From: Macrostomum hystrix
Lineage: Eukaryota > Animalia > Platyhelminthes
Length of the DNA: 64,000 nt
Assembly: GCA_950097015.1 (NCBI GenBank)
Contig: CATNEN010000015.1
Location: forward strand, 1,488,001-1,552,000
Direction of reading: 5' to 3'
Numbering within the stretch: position 1 is the first letter of the stretch; each line of letters begins with the position of its first letter. The notes beneath the pieces are model-generated. The model did no database searches, was not told the DNA's origin, and worked only from the letters and a program-made list of their open reading frames with translations. Shown piece by piece: positions 49,627 through 61,600 of the stretch. Position numbers and translations under genes: made by a program.

Positions 49627-52600
49627 GGCGTTCCTGGCAAAGAATGAGCCCAATAACTGTCAATAAAATAAGCAATCGGATTTTATATACTGACGTATAA
49701 CGAAGCAACAAAAAGACAATTTTCCAGCCAAACTAAAGACAATTGGTAGGATTATATAGGAAACATATTTAGTTTCTTTCAATAATAGGCAGTGCATTAA
49801 ACGTTTCACAAACTCACTTAAACTGAATTTCGATTTCAGCTCGATCAATGATAATAGACTTGACACCGTGGTCAGCAATAGAAGCGCTGGAATCTCCAGA
49901 AGCGACATGCAGACTCACTTAAATGCATGCCTGGATTAGCCTCAGCTACAGGAGACGTACCCTGTAAAACATTAGAAGCGAATCTAGCCACACTGTGCCG
50001 ACGGATCGATGACGTATCGTTCTATGTTGACTTTACACAACGAAGTTGGACTGTCGACATTCTGCAGCAGGTGCTGGTTGCAATTTCTTGCTGGCTGCGT
50101 CACAGTTGATCAGAGCTCAGTAGTCTCTAGCGCAATTTTTTTCTGTCCACAACTGCAGATCCCCGCAACTGTCCTCTGCACTCTGGGCGATCGCTGAAGC
50201 CACTCCGACGTCGGTGCGTCGTACATCGTACTGCATGCGATTGCAATAGAAGCAATGGAAGATGCGATTCGACCGAATTTACTTGAGGCTGAACTGTCAG
50301 CCAATAATAAATTTGACCTTATTTGAGCTCTCGAGCCATTCGATTTTAAGAAGCTCAGCGATGCCAGCCAGCCACACCAACTGTCGATTTCCCTTTGCTT
50401 CTCCACCAGATTCTGAGCACTGATTGCGTCAGGTGACGTGAATTCATTTGAGAGATTGAAAAGCTTGTAAATCGGCTGTACGTGTGTAATGCAGAAGCAG
50501 ATTAAATGACTCTATAGATATAATAGATTTCCATCAATGGTGACTAGTAAGCCAACTATCGGGACACCTGCAAATAAGCGCGGAGCATATGTTGAGCAGT
50601 GTTTGTACCTTGCTGTGCAGCTGTCAAAGCTACGGCGAAATGCTCGAAAAATAAGGTGTATGCAAAAGCCTGTCGCATTTGATTAAAAAGTATCTGAATT
50701 TATTGGAAATAGACAAGTCTGAGCCATAGACCAATTGTAGCTGTACTCACCTAATCTAGCCCGCTGTCGGAATTGAAGGCAAGTTTTCGGTTTTTCCAGA
50801 GGGTTGTTTGCTTCGTTTGCAAAATGTCATTTTCGAATGCTTGGTGGTTGTCGGAACTCACATCACTTCAGACCTGGCACTACCGTAAACTGTTTGAATT
50901 AAATACAAATATTTTAGACTCTGTTGCACATTTGACAAAATAAATCGAGAAAGCGTATAGTGGCATGAATTATCTGTTCGGAAAATATGATTGACATGGA
51001 ACGACTGTCGTTAGCTTTCTAAGAAAGCTACAAAATACAAAATAATAGATAAATTTATTATTCTCAAGACGTGCGTTGAATGTTAAAGGATAACTAACTC
51101 AACGCAGTATATAAAGAAATTAGTGTCCGTTATGCTACGTGTAATTTTTGCAGTTGTAACTCGATAAAACCTGAAAACTGTGATAGTGATCGTGACAGTG
51201 TACATGTCTGATACACTGACCTGTATAGCTGGCTAGAGCTAGAGGTAGCATTATCCTTTATCAAAGGAGTATTTCAGCTTCTGCAGATCCACGTGTCCTA
51301 AATAGATATTTGTTTATTATTAGAATATCCATTTGCAGTAAAGAAAGGTATATTACTTTTTGAAAGGATGCCACGTAAGTTTTGCTTCTATTTTCTTTCT
51401 GTTGACACGCATTATCTAGGACTTCAAAATAATGCCCATTATTTTCTTGTATACTTAATGTAACAGGGCTTATCACTTTTCTGTGGCAGAATATCACTAG
51501 GCACAAGCTATCTCTCTGAGGCTTTTATAGAACCAGTCTTCACTGAGCATTTCCATTGATCAGAGGAGGATCACAACCTCAAGAAACCAGCTCTACATCA
51601 TACATTCCCAAACTTATTGCTCAATGATAGTTTTATTGGCCTCATGCCAGTGGCACATTGTGTTCTTGCAAAAAATCTGGAACCACATATATACATAAGA
51701 TACAATAAAATAATACAATAAATACAATGGCCACTGGCCACAAGTGGTCAGGAAAGGGGGGCATTGTCAAAAAAGCACGTTTAGCTGCGCAGTCTCTGAT
51801 GAAGGTAGCGCCATTGATCTGATCAGGCGCCATATATATATATACATATACATAGAATAATTTGTATGCATAAGTAAATTTTACAGAATATTTATAATAA
51901 ATATGACATGTATTTTATTTAGAATTTATATTTGACAAATTCATGCATTTAACTAAAAACATTGGTACTAATTTTATTTTCAAAGAGTGAGAATTAATGC
52001 ATCCCTATTACATTAATAAGCCATCCCAGCTATATCTATACTTAATACCTAGCATGTCTGTAGCATGTATTTGTAAGCTTGCTACAGTATAAGCAATGTC
52101 CAACAAAATTATTGTATTTCCCATTCAATTAAGATTTTAATGTAGCACCATTGATTGTCATTGATTGGCAACAGTGTTAGATTATGTAAGTAGAATGCCC
52201 ATGCGTTAAGCTTTAATAAGTAAAGGCCAAGGATAGGCCTAATGTGAACAGAAAAATATAATCCACTAACTTACACTAAAATTTACATTTGCAGTGGAAA
52301 AACCTGGTTACATAAAAAAAATAAAAAACATTAATCAATCCAGACTTCAGAAATAATTAGACAATCTACCTACTGACAGTGATGGCAAAAAATCTATTTA
52401 TAGTGGGACATACATTATCCATTGAAATGATCACAAACTAAGGCTGGCAATAGTTTAGTGAAATTTTACATAGCTTCATTTCACTATTATTGCATATTCA
52501 AATGATTGTAAACCAAAGCTGCTATATAAGCAATTTCCGACAAAATGCTTTGTTTCTGTACTGTGAAAAGTATTTGATTGGAAACTGAATGATTATCATT

Positions 52601-52685
52601 GGTCCTAGCTAAGCAACTTTTGGATGCACCTATAAGCTATAAGCCATATATCTACAGCCATAGCTAATTTCACTAATTGGCACAG

Positions 52686-55600
52686 GTCGCTGTCAAGGCT
52701 TTTGCGGTATGTGCAAACCCCGCTGGGTTCGACTTGTTGACAATATCTATCCGAAGAACTATTTGGTAAGCCACTTTATAACTCCAGTTTAAGGGGGAGG
52801 AGCTGCTGAGAGGTCCAACGCATTTGCCTCTTGCATTAATGTTTGGGGTTTGTCTTGCACTTGGTCCAAACTCCAAGAGTGCACACTGCCTGACGATTAG
52901 AAAGTGCTTAGGAGTCAGCGCTGGCTGTGGGTACAATGTCACCAAATGATGTGCCATTGCTTACAGGCCTCCAGCAATTATTATGATTGATTAAACTCGA
53001 GTGTAATCTTGTATCTGCACAAACACACTGCAGAACAAGCAGCCGAATGGGCCGAAGCTGAACTCGCTGACGCACTATTCCTGCCGGAATCCAGAGAAAC
53101 TAGCTCGCATTGCCGAGTATTTGGAGACCCGTCTTCAGAGCGATCTGTATCGGAGAAAGACTGGGTGAGTTGTCCGCAGACTTGTGCATCGAACTGTCAT
53201 TTCTCTTAGTTTTTAAGTAGTTTTTTGCAATTCATTAGCAATATATTTTAGTCACGTCTTTGTCTCTATGGATATCATTGACAACTTGATCAAGAGCTGC
53301 CAGAGGCTTGACAATTTCATCTGCACCTATTTGGCCATGGTGACTAGCCTATTGGAGAACAAAGACCCGGAGCTGCAGGTTTGACATGTGTTGTACTTTT
53401 GTATTGATTCTTCTCCTAAATCCTCTAATAGGGATTGATTCTTCTCCTAAATCCTCTAATAGGGATTGATTCTTTTCCTAAATCCTCTAATAGGGATTGA
53501 TTCTTTTCCTAAAACCTCTAATAGGGATTGATTCTTCTCCTAAATCCTCTAATAGGATTGATTCTTCTCCTAAATCCTCTAATAGGGATTGATTCTTCTC
53601 CTAAATCCTCTAATAGGGATTGATTATTTTCCTAAAACCTCTAATAGGGATTGATTCTTCTCCTAAATCCTCTAATAGGGATTGATTCTTCTCCTAAATC
53701 CTCTAATAGGGATTGATTCTTCTCCTAAATCCTCTAATAGGGATTGATTATTTTCCTAAAACCTCTAATAGGGATTGATTCTTCTCCTAAATCCTCTAAT
53801 AGGATTGATTCTTCTCCTAAATCCTCTAATTGGGATTGATTCTTCTCCTAAATCCTCTAATTGGGATTGATTCTTCTCCTAAATCCTCTAATAGTGATTG
53901 ATTCTTCTCCTAAATCCTCTAATTGGGATCGATTATTCTCCTAAATCCTCTCAGATTGTGATTGCTTTATTTCTACATTCTCATTTGTGACTTCCCAGTA
54001 CTTCAAATCCTCGGTAATGTATTTTCCACATGTGAGATCCTCAGATTGAACTTGATCTTCTTCTAGATCCTCATGTCGGTATTTCCCAATTCCCAAATTT
54101 TCGGGCTGGGATGTCATATCTTCTGTATCCTCAAATAGGGATCTTCTTGCTTTCTAGATTGTCAAATCACTTACACCCAGATCACCACATTTAGATAAAA
54201 GTTTTGCCAATATCACAAGACATTTTTTAAACCGCCTCAAATCGCAGATGACCGGCACTCAGAGCTTTGAGAAGTTCTCAGAAATCGACAAGGAGACGCC
54301 TAACTATCTGAAGGAGTACGCCACCCTGCTGGAGTGCTTTGTGAAGATGTGCCACGACGCCAGTCAGGATGAGGCAGTGCGCTCAAGGGTCAGGTGCGCC
54401 GGCCTTCAGGGCATCATGAGCATGATGCGCAAAGTGGCGTCTGACGATTTGCAGATAAACATCTGGGAACAGGTACACATGAACCAGATTCTATGGGGCA
54501 TCCTGTTCAATCTGGAGGAGGGACTGCAGGTGAGTGACTCTAATTATAGTGGTTTTTATTTGATTACTCGCTCTTACCAATTCGATATGTCATTTCTGCG
54601 GTTAGGATATCATCAAACAAAGTGCTAGTGCCGCAAATAAAGCAATACTTTCCGGGTTTAATTGGCGTGACAAATGCTTAGCTCACGCGGCTGACTTGTA
54701 GGAAGCAAAAAATAATTCTGATACCCACTGCCTACTTCACCATAGCTCCCAAACCAAATTAGTGAATTTCGTGAAAGTCCATTAAATTGTGAGGAGTTTT
54801 GCGTGTTGATCAGACACACGAAACTCCCACTTCTAGACAATGGGGAACAATTGCCTAGTAATTTATAACAGTCACGTGACACTTACTGCCATTGCTTCTT
54901 GTTCCTTGGTAGTGAGTAGTTCGTAGTCTTTGGTCTTCGACAGCCGGCGGTTCTTCTTCTCCTTGTACTGATCGACCGTGAAGTATCGGTTCTGTTGCTT
55001 CTTAAGTCTTTGTAATCTTCTTGTCTTCTTTGTCTTCCTGGCAGCTGCTTGAGTTTATCTGTTGGCCAATAATTGACGAGAGCGAATCAGATTACGTGTC
55101 GGTTTCCTCGAGCTCGGAATTCACAATAGAAACGTGCGCCCTAGTGAACAATTGAAATCTCTCTTGTATATCTCTAATAGGTCCTCCTGGAGGGCGTCTT
55201 CTTCGTTACCTCCGAAAGATAACGGATAACTCAAATCAAATCATTAATCCTCTAGGAATGTATCCTAGGAAACAAGGAGGCCTTTCTCAAATGTATCGAC
55301 GATATGTGGCTCTCGTAAACTTAGTTCGATTCAACAACGATTGCTAGCAATAAATAACTCTGTCTAGTAAAGCGCTTACCACTTGTCTTTCCCTCAGAGA
55401 TGAGTCCTCTTCTTCGTAAGATGTTTTTTGAAGTCCGGTGGACCCTCCGAGTCTGAATTTTCAGCTCGGATTTTCGCTTGTATTTATAGTAAAATTTTGG
55501 GGAAAAACCGGTTTTACTACCGGGTGTTTGCTTAGGTCACACCTATTTGTTTAGTGAGTCATGATTGTGAGTTTTACCATATCTGGAATATTGTGTAAAT

Positions 55601-58600
55601 ACAGATGCAGAAACCAATGAGTCATAATTGTTTGTTTTACCATAGTTAGATTTCAAGCAAATACAGCTGTCGAGAACCGGTTCTCCGGTTTCATGTCACA
55701 TGACTTTGTTTCTAAAAATAGCGCATGACTCATTCCTAAAAATAGATTAAACGTTATGGCTGAGGTTTCCTTGTGACATTACTTTAAGTAGCGCGTTAAG
55801 CAATAAGCATATTTTACAACTCTCTACAGTTGATCACAATCAAATAAACTCGCTATTTACAATGAACTAAATTTCAAAGCCGTCTAAGACAGCACCGTCG
55901 AGATATTCAGCGACTCTTGACGAAATCAATGAAATCCGTTTTCAGGATTTTCATGCCGATATTGGTTGATTATAATTTTAGGCCAGCGAGGAAGCCGCGG
56001 CCGCAGCTTCAGCCGCCGTAGCAGCTGCCGCAGTCAGCGGCGATGTGGCCCTGCTGTCCGAGGCCGGCGATGCCGGCGGCGGCGGCAACTCCGGCCTGCC
56101 CGGCTGCCCGAGGCCATTCGACAAGGCCAAGGAGGCCCTGGAAGATCTGGTGATGCGGGCCAATTATAACAACATGAACTGCATAGTGGACCCGGTGCTG
56201 ACCCACCTGGACCACAACCCGGACCTGTGGGCACCGAACAGGTTCGCCGTGTTCGTTTTCCACACCATCATCTGCCGCATACCGAAGCCCTCGCAGGCCT
56301 ACGCTGTTGTTGACCGGGTCATCCAGCATCTGAACACTGTCAAAGCCACTCCGGTTAAGAAGGCTGTTGTACAAGTTGTTAGCAGCATTGTTAGCTACGC
56401 TGCCAGCGATGCTATTGGTCCGGCTGTGTACAATGTCTTCAAGGAGCTTTGCCGCCAGCTTATGCAGAGCATCTGGTCCGGAGATGAGAGTAGCGAAGTG
56501 AGCTCAGCAATGTACTCTCTGGGCACCTGTCCCTGCTTTATTTTCCCTTTCTGTTCCTTTCTAAATCCCTGATTCCCCGTTCCCTATCTCCTTTTCTCAA
56601 TCCCCTGTTCCCAATCCCCTGTTCTCAATTCCCTGTTCCCAATCCCCTGTTCCCAATTCCCTGTTCCCAATCCCCTGTTCCCAATTCCCTGTTCCCAATC
56701 CCCTGTTCCCAATTCCCTGTTCCCAATCCCCTGTTCCCAATTCCCTGTTCCCAATCCCCTGTTCCCAATTCCCTGTTCCCAATCCCCTGTTCCCAATTCC
56801 CTGTTCCCAATCCCCTGTTCCCAATTCCCTGTTCCCAATCCCCTGTTCCCAATTCCCTGTTCCCAATCCCCTGTTCCCAATTCCCTGTTCGCAATCCCCT
56901 GTTCAGATTTACGATTTCTCTGAAATGTCTTGCAGTGAGAATCCCTTTTTTTTGCATATTTTCATTTTTAATAGGCAAATACTCCCACACTGCAGGTCGA
57001 GTCCCAGTACCGTGAGGAGGTCATCAACACTATGGTCCGCTATTCCGAAGCCTCGCCAGACACACAGAAGGTCGAGATCATGAAGTACATCTTGTCTTTC
57101 GAGGCGCAGCACGTCCGGATGCTGGACCAGAGCTCGCAGTCTCAGCCGGAGGTGGAGGAGCGGAAGCGCAAGATGCTGCTCAAGAGTCTGCTCAAAACTG
57201 TGAGCATGGTGGCCGAGAACTATCGCACAACTGTCATTTCCAATGCCTTCCCATTCGACTTCCTGCCGCCGCTGCTGAAAATCTCAATGAACAGCGACCC
57301 GGGAGTGCGGGTTGTTGTTCAGAACATTCTGCAGCACCTCATTGATCGGCACTCGAATCGAGAAGCTTTCGGTCGGGTTCGCCTGCTGCCGCTGCCTGGG
57401 GAGCCCGGGCACCAGGCCCTGCGGCAGGACAAGCCTAATAGGCAGGACATGCAGTTTATGCGATCCGCTATGGGCAGTGAGCTGCTAACTCACCTCTATA
57501 CTCAGCTGCAGGTGAGAATACTGTGCCAGATTGATAATCCAGCAGGTTGATAATCCATCAGATTGATAATCCATCAGATTGATAATCCATCAGATTGATA
57601 ATCCATCAGATTGATAATCCATCAGATCAATAATCTCCATTGATAACCGATAATATCATCCAAAAGAAATGCGACAATGAACCAACACCCACAGGAGGAA
57701 AGCAACCGTGTGGACAACTTCGAGAAGCTGTACACCACCCTGTGCCTTCTGGCGCTGGAGACAGCTGCCGACGAAGCACTTGTTGAATTCTTCCGACTGG
57801 GCCTGCAGACTCAGGACTTTCTCAGCAGTCAGCGCTGCGGCCTAAAGATTGTACACAAGTCTGCCGCCATGGCCGTTGTGGCTGCCCTTTTCACCCTGCT
57901 GTGCAGCCTGCAGCCTTGTAAAGGCATCGATGCGCACGTGGCCGAGGTGAGGGATTTCTGGAACTGAACAACTGGGATATTAGCTACCTGAAAACCCGAA
58001 TCCTAATGCTGGAACAACTGGGATATTAGCTACCTGAATACCCGAATCCTGAAGCTGGAACAACTTGGATTTCAGCTACCTGAATACCCGAATCCTGAAG
58101 CTGGAACAACTTGGATTTCAGCTACCTGAATACCCGAATCCTGAAGCTGGAACAACTGGGATTTCAGCTACCTGAATACCCGAATCCTGAAGCTGGAACA
58201 ACTGGGATATCAGCTACCTGAATACCCGAATCCTGAAGCTGGAACAACTGGGATTTCAGCTACCTGAATACCCGAATCCTGAAGCTGGAACAACTGGGAT
58301 ATCAGCTACCTGAAAACCCGAATCCTGAAGCTGGAACAACTGGGATATTAGCTACCTGAATACCCGAATCCTGAAGCTGGAACAACTGGGATATTAGCTA
58401 CCTGAATACCCGAATCCTGATGCTGGAACAACTGGGATTTCAGCTACCTGAATACCCGAATCCTGAAGCTGGAACAACTGGGATATCAGCTACCTGAATA
58501 CCCGAATCCTGAAGCTGGAACAACTGGAATTTCAGCTACCTGGTACCCGAATCCTGAAGCTGGAACAACTTGGATTTCAGCTACCTGAATACCCGAATCC

Positions 58601-61600
58601 TGAAGCTGGAACAACTTGGATTTCAGCTACCTGAATACCCGAATCCTGAAGCTGGAACAACTGGGATTTCAGCTACCTGAATACCCGAATCCTGAAGCTG
58701 GAACAACTGGGATATCAGCTACCTGAATACCCGAATCCTGAAGCTGGAACAACTGGGATTTCAGCTACCTGAATACCCGAATCCTGAAGCTGGAACAACT
58801 GGGATATTAGCTACCTGAATACCCGAATCCTGAAGCTGGAACAACTGGGATTTCAGATTATTTAGATTTCAATTTCCTAAATATTTTAGCCTGATAATCG
58901 AGAATATTATTTTCCCGAACCTTTGGAGTGTTTTTTCAGGTGGCTTTTTCCGCTGTCCTATTTTCAAAATTAAATTAAAGCAATAAAAGTACAATCTCAA
59001 AATGAAATAAACATGCGAATTCCAACTCTTGTCGCCCAGGTAATTGAGCAGCGGAATGGCAAGGCGCCTCATTTCCTACCTAAGGTGGCGTTCAACCGTA
59101 ACAACACTGCTAAGAGGTGGGTGCTCAATTGCATTTCCCAGCTTAAACTCGTGTATGCAATCTGTCTTCATTCGTATCTGTCTTATCCATTCTACCTTGA
59201 TCCACTAATATACTAATTAGTCATCAAATCTACCCCCATTCCTTATCTATACCAATCCCTAATTTACATAATTCCTAATCCACCCTAATCCCTAATCTAG
59301 CCTAATACTTAATCTACCCTAAAACTTAATCTATCCTTATCCCTAATCTTACCCTATTTCATAATCTACCCTCAAAAAATTCCTCGTCCATAATTTACCT
59401 TTATCTCCTAATTCCTTATTTATCAATATATCTAATTTACCGCAAATCTCCTATCTACCCCAGTCCATTATCTCCAATAATCCAAAACATACACCGATTC
59501 CTAATCTAATTTAATCCCTAATTTACCCCAATACCTAATCTACCTGCTCCAGGTCACACCCCAATATGTACTCCTGAACTTTTTGGCATTCCCAAAACCC
59601 ACTCTCTGTCTCCCCAGCTACGTCTCGGAGACCATCAGCCCTGAGCTGCTGTTCTCAACCGAGATAGTGGAATCCGAGCTCAAATTGGCCGGCTTTGACA
59701 CGGGCAACCTGAGAATGCCCTACGAGTCGCTCATGGACCTGCGCGCCAAGCTAGGTGACGAAATCAACGCCTCGAACAGAGGTAAGTGGGCTGCCATTGT
59801 CTGCTCTACTGGGCTCAGGAAGCTGCTCTTAAAAATATGTTGTGCTGGTTTTATACTATCTTATTTGATCCTAAATTTCTTATTATATTTGAGCATGAGC
59901 ACAATTTTGCTATACTTTATTGTTTTCTTTATTTAATGATGACTTTCTTTATAACAAATGCACTTTTGTTAGTTCTATTAAGTACTTACTGTAGTTTCAA
60001 TAGTACCAAACTGATCTTCACTGCTGCTTTTTTAATACTCAATTTAGGCACATTTGGCTTCGGCAAGCAACGCAGAGAGTCCACTTTTCACTGTAATGAA
60101 ATACATTCAGCATTTGTTCAATAATTCTGCTCGTTGGGTTAATCTTGAATGTTTTCAGTAACTCACTTAATTTGCAATAATAGCTTTTGTTGGGTCTGAT
60201 TTTACTCAATTGCGCAACTACTATTTACTTATGGAAAGAATAAGCGTAGACTTGACGGATCTGGTTTCTGTGATTTCTTTACTGATATTGATTTTTATCA
60301 CTGCCAATCATGTATTCGTACGGTTTTAAAGTCAGGAAAAGTCCTTTTAATATTATCTAGTAAAACCCACCACCCCCTCAGTGTACAGTCACTTCTGCCC
60401 GACACCCCACACCCACCACCCCTCAGTGTACAGTCACTTCTGCCCGACACCCCACACCCACCACCCCTCAGTGTACAGTCACTCCTGCCCGACACCCCAC
60501 ACCCACCACCCCTCAGTGTACAGTCACTTCTGCCCGACACCCACACCCAGCACCCCTCAGTGTACAGTCACTCCTGCCCGACACCCCACACCCACCACCC
60601 CTCAGTGTACAGTCACTCCTGCCCGACACCCCACACCCACCACCCCTCAGTGTACAGTCACTTCTGCCCGACACCCCACACCCACCACACCTCAGTGTAC
60701 AGTCACTTCTGCCCGACACCCCACACCCACCACCCCTCAGTGTACAGTCACTCCTGCCCGACACCCCACACCCACCACCCCTCAGTGTACAGTCACTCCT
60801 GCCCGACACCCCACACCCACCACCCCTCAGTGTACAGTCACTCCTGCCCGACACCCCACACCCACCACCCCTCAGTGTACAGTCACTTCTGCCCGACACC
60901 CCACACCCACCACCCCTCAGTGTACAGTCACTCCTGCCCGACACCCCACACCCACCACCCCTCAGTGTACAGTCACTCCTGCCCGACACCCACACCCAGC
61001 ACCCCTCAGTGTACAGTCACTTCTGCCCGACACCCCACACCCACCACCCCTCAGTGTACAGTCACTCCTGCCCGACACCCCACACCCACCACCCCTCAGT
61101 GTACAGTCACTCCTGCCCGACACCCCACACCCACCACCCCTCAGTGTACAGTCACTTCTGCCCAACACCCCACACCCACCACACCTCAGTGTACAGTCAC
61201 TTCTGCCCGACACCCCACACCCACCACCCCTCAGTGTACAGTCACTTCTGCCCGACACCCCACACCCACCACACCTCAGTGTACAGTCACTTCTGCCCGA
61301 CACCCCACACCCACCACACCTCAGTGCACAGTCACTTCTGCCCGACACCCCACACCCACCACACCTCAGTGCACAGTCACTTCTGCCCGACACCCCACAC
61401 CCACCACCCCTCAGTGTACAGTCACTTCTGCCCGACACCCCACACCCACCACCCCCACCCCTCAGTGAAAGCCATGCTCAGATTTTTCGATCTACCTGTA
61501 ACGTCTTTGAAAAAAGTTCATTATAGACTTCTAATTTGCGTTTTTATCTTGCTTGCACATTAGAGGCTCTGATTTTTTTCTATTCAGCATGACATGCACA

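Noticed and set aside
49660-50406. Short ORFs (82, 60, 62 and 98 aa) between the GPCR and EFR3
   Set aside because: No recognisable domains or coding bias, and their lengths are within chance expectation.
52727-52732. GTTCGA B-box look-alike
   Set aside because: It lies within EFR3 coding sequence (WVRLVD).
60298-61563. His/Pro/Cys-rich ORFs on both strands
   Set aside because: These are translations of the 45-bp array inside an EFR3 intron.
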